Below, piece by piece: positions 13,248 to 24,275 of a stretch of 46,166 nucleotides of DNA (positions are counted from its first letter, which is position 1; each line of letters starts with the position of its first letter). The position numbers and the translations under genes are program-made. Source of the stretch: Chromera velia (taxonomy: Eukaryota). The stretch lies in assembly GCA_018398765.1 (NCBI GenBank), contig JAHBMJ010000517.1, positions 1 to 46,166 on the forward strand, in the 5' to 3' direction. Under the pieces are notes generated by a model. The model had not been told where the DNA came from. It did no database searches and worked only from the letters and a program-made list of their open reading frames with translations.

Positions 13248-13467
13248 GCGGCGCCAACAGCTCTTTAACAATATCAAACCGGCCGGTTCCATATTGTTGG
13301 GGGAGGGTCAAAATTTCATTTTTTTGTTGAGGTGGGGGATCGTTCGGTTTCGTTATTGAAAGCAATGTTTTATATTTAAACTTTTAAAAATTTTGATTTT
13401 TTGACCCCCCCCCAACAATTATATCAAACTGGCCGGTTTGGTATTGTTGGGAAGCCATCGGCGCCGC
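13248..13467. mobile_element. Foldback MITE (~220 bp) with ~65-bp imperfect TIRs
   Basis: GCGGCGCC...AACAATATCAAACCGGCCGGTT...TTGTTGGGGGAGGGTCAAAA is mirrored by TTTTGACCCCCCCCCAACAA...AACTGGCCGGTTTGGTATTGTT...GGCGCCGC. Confidence 0.75.
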
Positions 13468-13779
13468 AGAGTCTCCAACAATATCTTCACTCAAATTTTT
13501 GATATCACAGAAGCAGAATGGATGTATTATATATATACGCAGTAATCCGATTCTACGTTTCAGTTCTCTGTCTTTTCTGAACTGTTGTCTGTGCAGGACA
13601 CAAGATTCAGAAGCGTGTAAAGGTCCCCTGAGATGCTACCTCTGCGCGGTCACTATGGGTGAGCATGTGATTGGTGAGTCTCTAAAAAGAATATTGCCGT
13701 TCTGGCTCTATTGATACAAGTTGATTCCCTCATATCCTTCTGCTTTTCTCCATATTTTCCAGTTGGAGCGCATAGCTTC

Positions 13780-13901
13780 TTTTCTTTCTCTTTCCCTTCC
13801 ATCTTTATTGTTTTTTTCCCTTTCTTTCCTTAATTCTTGTTTTCATGCCTTCCTCCTTTTCTTCCCTCCTTCCTTTCTTTCTTTCTTCCTCTCTCTCTCT
13901 T

Positions 13902-13999
<98 letters not shown>

Positions 14000-14745
14000 T
14001 CCCTCTCTTTCTCTTTCTCTCTTTATGACTTTCTTTCTTCCTTCCTTCTTCGATCTCTTCTTCCTTTCTTTCTTTGTCGGAGTCCCTTCTTTCCGTCTTT
14101 CCTTGCTCCGTTCATTGCATCGTTCCCCCCTCCTACTTTCATTCTTTCTTTCGTTTAAAAATTTTTAAGCTTTCTGTATCTGTTTCCTTCCTGTCTTTCA
14201 TCCTTCCTTTCTTCCGTCGTTTCTCCCATCCTTCCTCTATTTGTTTCTTTCCGTCCTTCCTTTTTTCCTTCCTTCCTTCCTTCCTTCCTTCCTTTCTTCC
14301 TTCCTTTCTTCCTTCCTTCCTTCCTTCCTTCCTTCTTCCTTCTTTCGTTGCCCTGTCTCTCCTTTTACTTCTTCTTTCCTTCTTCTGCTGCTTTTTTCTT
14401 TCCTCGAAGTTCTTTCTTTTTTCATTTTCATCTGTTCTTTATCTCTGCCTGCCGTTCTTCCTTCCTTCTTTCCTTCCTTCCTTCTTTCCTCTCTTTCTTC
14501 CTTCTTTTTTCTTGTTTTCTTAATTTCTTTCTTCCTTCCTTCCTTCCGTCCTACCTTCCATGTTTATTAATTGGCCTTCCTTCTTTCTTCGTCTAAGACT
14601 CCTTACTTTCCTTCCTTCTTTCCTTCCTTGCTTCCATTCTTCCTTTCTTCCTTCGTTTTTCTTTTTCTTGCTTGTTTGCCTTCTTCTTTCCTCCGTTTCC
14701 ATTGCCTTCCTGTTTTGTTTACTTGTTTTATTTTCTTCCCTCACC
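13780..14745 (+). repeat. Polypyrimidine tract: (CT)n and (CCTT/CTTT)n microsatellites
   Basis: Pure (CT)n at 13921-13992 and CCTT repeats at about 14250-14340. The overlapping ORFs are low-complexity artefacts. Confidence 0.95.
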
Positions 14746-15182
14746 CAATGAATATCATTTATGCGTTCAAGGCAGAGGCACTCTGAGTTTCCGTGATTTG
14801 TCTTACAAAAAGTTGGTGTCTCAGAATGTCATTCTTTGGGCGATGGTAGAAGAAGTACAGAAACAACTCTTCAATCAGAATCAATCTGAATAACAAATGG
14901 AACAAAACGGCTTAAACATTAGCCTTTTTAAGGTTCTCTCTTGAAATAATATTTAAAAAATATTAAATTTTAGTTTTCGATCATTGTTTTGATAATATTA
15001 AAATTTAAAACTCATTCTGGGGGGCATTGACTTAAAGTTTATTCCTGGCGTCTGGCCTATACGTCTTTCATCTCTTCTTTCTGTCCTGGTTACTGCTCTC
15101 GCTGCTAGCTTTCTCTCTCATGCGACCTCATACTTGACGCTCCTCCATCTGAATGCCTTCTTCGGCATTTGCTAAGTACTTC

Positions 15183-15440
15183 CTACCCCTCAGTCATGAC
15201 CAGTGCACTTCCTACTCCTGCTTCCTCCCAGCCCTCCCCCTGCACTCCTCTAGTCCCCCGAATGCATATGCTTACCGCTTTCAGGTGGGCAATCTGCAGT
15301 CGGACTCGGATCCGGCCGCACGTCTTGCTCACCTGTTGCCCCCATTTCTCGCTCAATCGCTCTGCCACCCTCTTCAAGAACATCTTTGCCTCCCCCTCCA
15401 TCGTCCCGTCGACCGCACTCACGAGTAAAACTCATTCTCA
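15183..15440 (-). mobile_element. 3' fragment of a non-LTR retrotransposon with restriction-like endonuclease (CRE/SLACS-type C-terminus)
   Basis: [57 protein letters not shown] matches, from memory, the F.P.V.S.DG...EA..F...LA..L..KW......IR.RL..A...A...CIRG tail of CRE-clade ORFs. It is 5'-truncated against an AT-rich block. Confidence 0.7.
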
Positions 15441-15887
15441 CTGAACTATTTTTAAAAGAATTTTCTAGAGAATTAATTTTATTCTAGTCTGACATTTATA
15501 GTAAAAACTTCAAAATATATAGATTATCTAGATAGATTATAGTTTTTTTTTAAACTTTTTGCCGCGCATTCATGCGCAGACACATACTTAATCGAATAAT
15601 AGTTAAAATTACACTATCAAATTTTAAAACTTTTTTAGTTAACAGTATCATTAAACAGATTTAAATTTAAAAAATATTCATGCGCAGCAGCTGGCAGTCA
15701 CTGTTGATCAATCACCTTTAACTAGCTAGCGCTAGAATTACTTTTAAGAAGTTGAATCTAAATTTATAAACACTTGTTATCTGCTTATTTATCATTGATA
15801 AACTAAAAAAAAAATAATCTAATTAACTTATATTTTATGTCAAGAAAACATAGAATAATACTATTAATATAAAGGTCAAACTTCAGC

Positions 15888-16180
15888 ATAGAGGTCCATT
15901 TTTAAGCATAAAGACTTCATGCAAGCAACAGCAGTGCAGAAATTCCGCTGAGTTTTCTTGCCTGTTCGTTCAGTTGTTGTAAGCAAGGGATGACAGAGAC
16001 TCCTCTCTTTGCATACTTGTTCGGTCGTTGTAAAAGGAATGCACAGAATTCTCTCTTCATGTTCGTTCAGTTTTTGCAAGCAGAGGATGACAGAGACTGA
16101 GTCTCCTCTCTCTACATACTCGTTTGGTCATTGTAAAAGGAATACACAGAATTCTCTCTTCATGTTTGTTCGGCAAAGTT
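15888..16180 (+). repeat. Putative left TIR plus first units of the 97-bp satellite
   Basis: ATAGAGGTCCATTTTTAAGCATAAAGACTTCATGC is followed by the C, A and B subunits of the satellite. Confidence 0.7.
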
Positions 16181-16500
16181 GCCAAAAAACATCATACTAC
16201 GCCGTATTACAGCGTTTCGTACTGTTCTTGATGTTTTACAAAAACACACTGTACTGTATTACATTCTATTAAATAACAAAAATATTTTTTTATAGCATTT
16301 TAGGGCATTACTAGTCCTATTTTAATATCTAAAACTAATTTTAACTACTTGTAATACTTAATTAGTTACTTAGCAATGTGTAATGTGATATACATAATGT
16401 TTTTTACTGCTTGTTCCCCTAAGTTTGTCATGCTAAAACGGTAGTAGAACCTATGTGGAGTCAGAATGCAGTACACAGGACACCAAAGCAAAACAAACAA

Positions 16501-16767
16501 ACCCCCAGGCCTCCCCCTCCAACACCTCCACCCCCTCCCTCTACTCCAGAGGCTCAACCACCTCCAGACTAAACGTGTTTCTTGGCTTCAGGAGATGGCA
16601 AGATGTGTGCCGTGTGTAGCAGGGTGTTGGTGGGCATCTAAAAATGCTCTGGGTGTCATTACACCCGATATTGCTCTTATCACTGTCAAAAGAAGGACTG
16701 GAGGCGATACCATCGGTCTGGGAGCGTCTGTCCCACCCTCCGGGCCGCTGTGGCTCAGACTGGCTGA
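16501..16767 (+). pseudogene. Proline-rich linker plus MYND-type zinc finger, disrupted
   Basis: Frame +1 (absent from the ORF track): TPRPPPPTPPPPPPTPEAQPPPD*TCFLASGDGKMCAVCSRVLVGI*KCSGCHYTRYCSYHCQKKDWRRYHRSGSVC. This carries the CxxC..CxxC..YCS..CQ..DW..H..C MYND signature. The stops are TAA (for example 16639-16641), consistent with CAA>TAA. Confidence 0.8.
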
Positions 16768-16811
16768 CTGACTGACTGAGGACTGACTGATCGATTGATT
16801 GACTCATTGAC

Positions 16812-16842
<31 letters not shown>
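16765..16842 (+). repeat. (GACT/GATT)n microsatellite
   Basis: Directly visible tandem 4-mers immediately after the MYND stop codon. Confidence 0.9.
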
Positions 16843-16843
<1 letters not shown>

Positions 16844-17049
16844 GAACCAAAGGGCCCTCTATGACCATCATATACACTCTCTGGCCGTCTCTGCATGAAG
16901 CTATGTGAAGAATTTTTTAAATGTTCTTTTGTATAAATTATCATCCTAAATTTGATAGATTTTCCTAGGATGGCTTTGGGGGGCCATTGTACCGTAATCG
17001 TACCATGCTTTAGCTAGAATTTCAAAAAACATTGTACTATACTTTGGCA

Positions 17050-18370
17050 ACCCTGTTGTTTGGTCGTTACAAGCAGGAGAGACTTCTCTCTTTGCATACT
17101 CGTTCGGTCGTTGCAAAAAGAATGTACAGAATTCTCTCTTCATGTTCGTTCAGTCGTTGGAAGCAAGGGATGACAGAGACTCCTTTCTCTGCACACTCGT
17201 TCGGTCGTTGCAAAAGGAATACACAGAATTTTCTCTTCATGTTCGTTTGGTCGTTGCAACAGCAAGGCAAAGATGCCGCTGAGTCTCCTTGCCTATTCGT
17301 TTAGTCATTGCAAGCAGAGGATGACAAAGACTCCTCTCTCTGCACACTCGTTCAGTCGTTGCAAAAGGAATGCACAGAATTCTCTCTTCATGTTCGTTCG
17401 GTCTTTGCAAGCAGAGGATGACAGAGACTCCTTTCTTTACATACTCGTTCGGTCGTTACAAAAGGAATGCACAGAATTCTCTCTTCATGTTCGTTCGGTC
17501 GTTGTAGCAGCAAGGCAGAGATTCCGCTGAGTCTCTTTGCGTTTTCGTTCAATCATTGCAAGCAGAGGATAATAAAGACTCCTCTCTTTGCATACTCGTT
17601 CGGTCGTTACAAAAGGAAATTTATATTATACACAGAGTTCTCTCTTCATGTTCGTTCGGTCTTTGCAAGCAGAGGATGACAGAGATTCCTCTCTCTACAC
17701 ACTCGTTTGGTCGTTGCAAAAGGAATACACAGAATTCTCTCTTCATATTCGTTTGGTCGTTACAAGCAGAAGATGACAGAGACTCCTCCCTCTGCGGTTG
17801 CAAAAAGAATGCACAGAATTCTCTCTTCATGTTCGTTCAGTCTTTGCAAGCAGGGGATGACAGAGACTCCTCTCTCTGCACACTTGTTCGGTCGTTGCAA
17901 AAGGAATGCACAGAATTCTCTTTTCATGTTCGTTCGGTCTTTGCAAGCAGAGGATGACAGAGATTCCTCTCTCTGCATACTTGTTCGGTCGTTGCAAAAG
18001 GAATACACAGAATTCTCTCTTCATGTTCGTTCAGTCTTTGCAAGCAGAGGATGACAGAGACTCCTCTCTCTACACACTCGTTTGGTCATTGTAAAAGGAA
18101 TACACAGAATTCTTTCTACATGTTCGTTTGGTCGTTGTAAATAGGAGATGACAGAGATTCCTCTCTCTGCACACTCATTCGGTCGTTACAAAAGGAATAC
18201 ATAGAAATTCAATTCTCTCTTCATATCCATTCGGTCATTGCAGCAGCAAGGCAGATTCTGCTGAGTCTGCTGGCATATTTATTCAGTCGTTGCAAGCAGA
18301 GGATAGCAAGGATTCCTTTCTCTCCGTACTCTTTCAGCCATTGCAAAAGGAATGTAACGAATTCTCTCTC
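17050..18370 (+). repeat. ~97-bp higher-order satellite array (alternating ~50/47-bp subunits, occasional third subunit)
   Basis: The period is measured from 17310 to 17407. Each subunit ends in a CGTTCGGTC(G/T)TTGCAA-like motif. Confidence 0.92.
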
Positions 18371-18571
18371 TAGTGCAGAATCTTTCTAGACAAGCAGCTG
18401 CCAGATAAGCAGACTTCTACCCTTATATATTTGCTCTGACTCATGCCCCTGCACACATTCTCTCTGACTCGTGTCTCTGCGCAAATTCTCTCTGACTCGT
18501 GCCCCTGCACACATTCTCTCTGATACTATTTATAAGATGTGGGTCTCTGATACTATTTATAAAAAAAGATT

Positions 18572-18827
18572 TATAAGATGTGGGACACGCGCGGGGGGCC
18601 TGGGGCCGAAGGCGCCGGGCGGGCTGCGCGCCGCTCGATCAAGCTGCACGCATGCATGCATGGTCTCTTCGAATGCGAATGCATATAAATTCATACATGC
18701 CTCTACACGAACAATTGTTGTGAAGATCCTCTTTGATAGCCAATCTTTGTAGCCGATGAACATGAACTCAGACTTACTGAAAGTAGTGACTGAAATAGAC
18801 GGCATTCACACTAGTCTACTTTTAACA
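18572..18827 (+). repeat. 5' LTR of copia element (256 bp)
   Basis: TATAAGATG...TTTTAACA, with the initial TG mutated to TA. Differs from the 3' LTR by 12 substitutions and a 10-bp indel in my hand alignment. Confidence 0.93.
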
Positions 18828-18829
18828 AT

Positions 18830-18852
18830 TGGTGATTCCGGCGAGGAATCGA
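18830..18852 (+). other. Primer binding site
   Basis: TGGTGATTCCGGCGAGGAATCGA begins 2 nt after the LTR. Its complement TCGATTCCTCGCCGGAATCACCA looks like a tRNA T-loop-to-CCA end. tRNA identity not determined. Confidence 0.85.
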
Positions 18853-18856
18853 GAGG

Positions 18857-20098
18857 ATATCGATCTCAATCCATCTCGGTTCTTCTTCTTCTTCCTCCGG
18901 TGGTGGAGTAGTGAAACTCGAGCAGTTCGTGAGCGGGGGAGCTACATCTGTTGCCCCTGTCACAGACTTAGAGAAGGCTCAGAAGAAGGAAGAAGAGTTT
19001 TTTTCCTCTCTTATGTGGTTCAATCCTCACAAGAAGACTGAGCACACTGTGAAGCTATTCAGAGAGGAAGGCTGGCAAGACTCGGGCATGAAGTTCACCT
19101 TCAGGCAAGGTCAACTGGATTGGATTACTGAGATTCCTAAGGATTCTCAGGGCAACCACAAGGCGAACTTCCGGCTGTGGTCGAATAACCACGTAAGGAA
19201 GGCACAGACTTTCCTCTCCCCCGTCATCTACTCCCTTCATTGGATGTGGAAGCAGCAATGGTATGCTAGCCTCCTTTATGCTACCGAGAAATCGGGTTTC
19301 TTGGAGATGCAACGTGACCTTGACACATTGACAACAGCAGGTGTTGAGGGTCGGACTCCCGATCTTCTCATCCATCTGCGCAGGATGTACCTCGTTCTAG
19401 AGGTAAATTACAAGGAGTTCATGAAGAAAAAGTTCAAGGGGTTGAAGAGAGGGGGTGTATCCAATCTTCTCGAAGCGATGCAGATGTACCAGAGAGTGCT
19501 GACAGAGGTGAACAACGCCCACTCTTTCCCGAATGAGGAGCAGTATACAAGCACCTTCCAACAGATTGCCACATCGGAGGAGTGGGACAAGATCTATCAT
19601 CGCGTCGCAGAGAAGATGCTCGACGCAGATGAAGGTGCCGACCTCAACAAAATGAAGTTCACCGACATCTAGAAGCAGGCCATCATCCTGGCCAACTCCC
19701 AGGCAGCCATGCAGGGAGGCTCCTCTGCTTCTAAGCCTTCCTCCTCCTCTGCCCATGCAGGGCGGTCCTCAGAGAAGCAAGGGGGTTGGAAGAAGGCCTT
19801 AGCTAGGGGAAAGTCACCCAAGAGACGAGAGCTCGACTCTCAGAGCGCTCAGTCAGACAAGGGTGACAGGTCCGACTCGGAGTCCCAGAGAAAGTGCGGT
19901 AGGTGTGGGGGAAAGTGGCACAAATGGATGAAGGACTGCACGGCACTTGGAGTGCAGTGCGATAAATACAACCAGAAGGGGCATCTGCCATCCATGTGCA
20001 GAAACTCAAAGAAAAGAAGACCCGAGAAGGCGGGCAATGCGGCTATGAAGAGAAAAGAGAGGGCTCAGTCCTCTGATTCCGACTCATGGGGTTTCTAA
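18857..20098 (+). pseudogene. gag: copia gag, disrupted
   Basis: ORFs 18911-19672 and 19709-20098 share a frame separated by one TAG. The likely start is ATG>ATA at 18857. Zinc-knuckle-like motifs CGRCGGKWHKWMKDC and CDKYNQKGHLPSMC are present. Confidence 0.85.
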
Positions 20099-23000
20099 AT
20101 TGGTCAGCTCAGTGTTCGAATGTAAACATTGCCAGACGTTGTGATCGTTTGCGAGCTATTGTCATTTACTGTGCTACTGCTTACCAGAAAAAGAGTTTCC
20201 ATTCTAAGAAAAGAAAGTTCGATGTGGTGATATCAGACACAGACGCTGATATCTCTCTTTTCCCTCCATGTTTTGAAGCCTTTATTGTCGAAGACACAGA
20301 TAGAAAGGTTGATGTTGAGCTTGCTTCTGATGAGGCAGAATTGAAAAACATGACAGTGAAGAAATTGCACATTCCTTTCCCTTCTTTGCATGGACAGGTG
20401 AGGGTAGCGGCGCTTGAAAGGATCGTTTCTTCTCGAGTGCGTCTCCCATTGCTTGGCTGCGCAAAAGTTCCAGCAAGGTTCTGCAAGAACGGTTGGGTGG
20501 AGCTAGGAGACAAGGAAGGAAGAAAATTCAAGACGCTAATGAGGTGGGGTAATAAACTTCCCATGATCAATGCGTTTGCATATGCTCGTTCGCTTGCTAT
20601 CTCTCTTACTGTTACTTCTTCTCTCCCTCAGAAAGTTTCTTCTGCTCTCTCAGGAACTAAAGTGAGCTCTTTGAGTCAGGCCGAGAGAGACAGACTTCTT
20701 TTTCTTTTTCATCTTCACTTCAGACACGCTGTAGGGGAGGACCTCAGGTTGACTCTTCTTGAGAATGGTGTGAAAGGTTTTTCTTCTTCTGAATGCATAG
20801 AGACAGGCAACAGATGCGTGGAGTGCTCATTATTGAATTTGACAGAGAGAGGCATTCCGTAGAAAGCCAAGAAGAAAGAGGAAAACGGAGACAGAAAGGA
20901 AGAGAAAAATAGAAAGCCGAAGGCAGGAAGAAACAAGCAAGAAAAGAGAGTTATTTTCAATAAAAACGTACAAATTTTTGGGCAGAAAGAACCAGAGAAG
21001 CTCTCCCCAGGCAGAATGGAAGGAAGCCGCTCATCCATCTCTCCATCGTCTCTTTTCAACAGACAAATATTTCATGACCTTACCGAACTGAAGACAGTTG
21101 GAAGAGGAGGGTACAGGTATCTATCAGTAATCGTAGATAAAGCCACTGGGTACGTTTTCTTCCGTTCTTTACGCTAGAAAAGCAAGGCAGCCTCTCATTT
21201 GCTCTCATGGGGAAGGAGATGGGAGGCGTGCGGGAAAGGACTACCGAAGGCAGTCACAACAAACAATGGGGGGGAGTTCCAAGGAGAAGAGTACCAGGCT
21301 GCCATTCGGTCTCTGGGGGCAGCGTGGGACCCCAGTACTCCCTATACACCTGAGTCGCAGGGGGTAGTTAAAAGGAAAAACAGGGTAATCAAAAGAGCCC
21401 TGCTGAAGTTCTGTTTGCAAAAATGTGTGCCTCTCTACACATAGCCTGCTTTTACCAGGTTTCGCACAACAGCTCAACGAGACCGCCTCTGTGTCTCGTG
21501 GCTGCTCCTCCCACAAATTTTAAGCAGTCTGAGGGGTCAAACCAGGTATTTTCCCGCTCTCTCTCGGAGATGAAGTAAAAGTTATCGATCCAAGAGGTGA
21601 CCGTGGGGGGGAGAAGCGTCGAGGTGAGCCAGTTTTTGCCATTTTCGGCGGTGTTCTTTCTCCTAAAGTTGTTTCTGTTGTGTACAAAGAGAGAGGTCAG
21701 TGGAAGGCCCTGAAAGTCCACCCCAGTCGTGTCTCTCTACGATACTGGAATGGCGTTGCAGAGTATGAAGGCGCTAAAGGAAGAGAAGGAGTGGCTGAGA
21801 TCAGAGATGTGCAAGAGAGTATGGAAGAAGGACTTGAAGAGCTCGAGCTCCAAGAAAAGAGAGTGGTTTTGTCAGATAAGTGTGAGGAGGTTGAAGAGCC
21901 TTTTTCTGCCCCTAGCTGGAGAGCCGCTAGCAGAAGCAGAAGCAGACATACCTGCTGCCCCAATTGAGCCCTGTTGCCTGAAAGGAATCATTGCACAGAA
22001 GTAAGATGGGGCGTTCTTTCCCGCTCGCATTCTCAGAGAAGCCTCAGTCAATAGACAGCTTCTCGTCTCCCGTTTTTCCTTTGATAAGGAAGGCAAGCTG
22101 AACTATGAGAGCATGTGTGAGGTGAAGCCTGAAGAAGTGATGAAGCGCTTTGAGATTTCTTCTGATCTTTCTCTCAGCCCAAAATCCCTGCAGCAATTGT
22201 CCAGTAACCTCTCTCCAGAGGTTGAAGATTCAGTAGTGGGGGATGCAGACGAAGTCGAAATGAGGGTTGGAGACGGAGTGAGAGACGAGATGCAGTCAGA
22301 GGCAGCAGAGTCGTCAAAGTAGTTAGATAAAGACTCTATTTTTGGAAAGGACGCCTTAGCTCCCCCAGACTCCCCTGTAGATCTAGGTCTCGAAGAGGCA
22401 GAAGAGATTGACTCCGATTCTGAAGATGACGAGGTCGGAGGTGAGCCGACAGGTGCGTTTACGGCCCTGCGCGGACAGATTCATGAAGAGGCGGACAAAG
22501 CAGCGGCTGCCCTGGGGATTTCCAGAATAAGACAGTCAGTGAGAAAGTCAGGCAGAATAGCCCAGCTGAGAAAAGAAAGACAGAAAGAAAAGGAAGATGA
22601 GCAAAGTGATCTTCTTGACTCTATCCTTTCTTCTATTCTCTCTATGCATAAGCGGAGGGTGTATTTGGGTGAAGTGAAGGAGAATGCAGTAAAAGGACAG
22701 GTCCCAGCAACCAAGAAGGAAATCAAGTCAGGTTTGCACCACAAAGCGGATGAAAAGGAACTGAGGAAATGGTTTGAATGTTTGGTGCTTGATGTTTCTT
22801 CTCTCAGCAAGAAAGGTACACATCCAAGTATGCAGCTGAAGTGGGTGAGGACATGGAAACTGAAAGACGGAAGAAGAGTTGTAAAGTCTCCTTTGGTCCT
22901 TAAAGGGTTTTAAGATAAAAGAGACTTCACTCTGGTTGAAACGTACAGTGGCACTGCTGAGCAGAGCCAACTTCGTCTTGCTTTGATTTTTACTCTCAGT

Positions 23001-24236
23001 CAGGGGTGGGAATCAGCAAAGACAGACATCCGCACAAGTTTTTTACAAGCACCGACAGACACACCACTCTGGGTCGAGCTCCCTTTTAACCTTCCCCTTC
23101 ATATTTATCTAGGTCTTGTTGCTGGTTCCATTGTGAAGACTCTCAGAGTCGTATACGGACAGGCTGATAGGCTTCGTCTCTATACGAGGCACTTCACAAG
23201 CCGAGCTAAAGAGAATGGATAGAGTGAGATTAGCGAGTCAATTCTTGTAAAGAAAGACAGCAAAGGTAGGCCGAATGCATTAATGTTGATGCATGTTGAT
23301 GACCTTCTTGTTTTTGGTCCTTCTGTTTCTTTTTTGATGGATGAAATCCGAAAGCAGTTCGAAATAAACGAGCCAGAAAGGGTTGATGACGGGGGCACTC
23401 ATGGGTTTGTTGGCATGCAGCTAAAGTATGACCGTACAAAGAAAGAAATGACCCTCAGTCAGGAAGAATATGTGCGTGCTCTGCCTGAATGTGAAGACAA
23501 AAAGGCAAGCAAGCCGATTGGAAATGCAAACTTGAAGAAGCCAGAAGAGAATGAAATCGATTCGTCGCTTCAGTCTCAGATGCAGCGTTTGTTGGGTCTG
23601 GTGGGTTGGGCAGTGAAAACTGAACCGAAGCATGCATTTCTTTTCTCTCATCTCTCTCGATAGGCAACTCGTCCTTCAGCAAAGACAGTGCTTGCAGTGT
23701 AGAAAGTGATCTCACACATCAAGGAGTGTGCGGCCGGCTTAAAGTTCAAACCGGTGACCAAAGAGAATGGAATGGTTCTTTTGATCTCGGTCGATGTTTT
23801 ATATGAGCAGTATGCGCATGAAGGAAGACTGGAGTACGAAGTACAGCTGGTGTCTGAGGCAGATTTATATCATGCATTGAAGAATAATGAATCAAACCTG
23901 TTTGCTTGGAAGTCAAAGAAATATGATTGAAAGCTCAGTTCGATAACGAACGCTGAATTGCTTATATTTTGTGACGGGGTGAAGAATAGTTTTGGTTGGG
24001 TGTATTTCATTGAAAAATTGTGGGGTGTCGCTCCTCATGTGTATGTGCTCACTGACAGTCAGCCACTCCTTGCGCAGTTAGCTTCTGGCAGATGTGAATC
24101 AGAACCAAAGATGCAGGGCACCGTGACGTTGGAGTATGTTCTTGAGCAGCTCGATGACTTGCATACAAAGGTGAAATGGATGCATACAAAATTGATGTGC
24201 GCAGACAGACAGACAAAGTATATTCCATACAAATAA
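20086..24236 (+). pseudogene. pol: copia pol (PR, GAG-pre-integrase, IN, RT, RNase H), many stops and frameshifts
   Basis: PR: ISDTDADISL. HHCC-like: HLHFRH...CVEC. IN: IFHDL...IVDKATG...TTNNGGEF...TPYTPESQGVVKRKNR. RT: KWVRTWK...LVLKGF...DIRTSFLQA...VYG...LMHVDDLL. RNase H: AWKSKK...AEL...LTDSQ...ADRQTK. Confidence 0.93.
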
Positions 24237-24263
24237 GTTCGAAGTCGATTCGTGTTCTCCTCT

Positions 24264-24271
24264 GAAGGGGG
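24264..24271 (+). other. Polypurine tract
   Basis: GAAGGGGG lies 4 nt upstream of the 3' LTR. Confidence 0.75.
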
Positions 24272-24275
24272 TGAT

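Noticed and set aside
13721..14786. Multiple Ser/Leu/Phe-rich ORFs
   Set aside because: They are translations of CT/CCTT microsatellites.
17050..18370. CRISPR-like array (constant motif separated by 30-35 nt segments)
   Set aside because: The spacers are themselves repeated (A/B/C subunits), no cas genes are present and the context is eukaryotic. It is a satellite.
19670..19672. Programmed stop-codon readthrough in gag
   Set aside because: It is one of many TAG stops consistent with CAG>TAG decay across the element.
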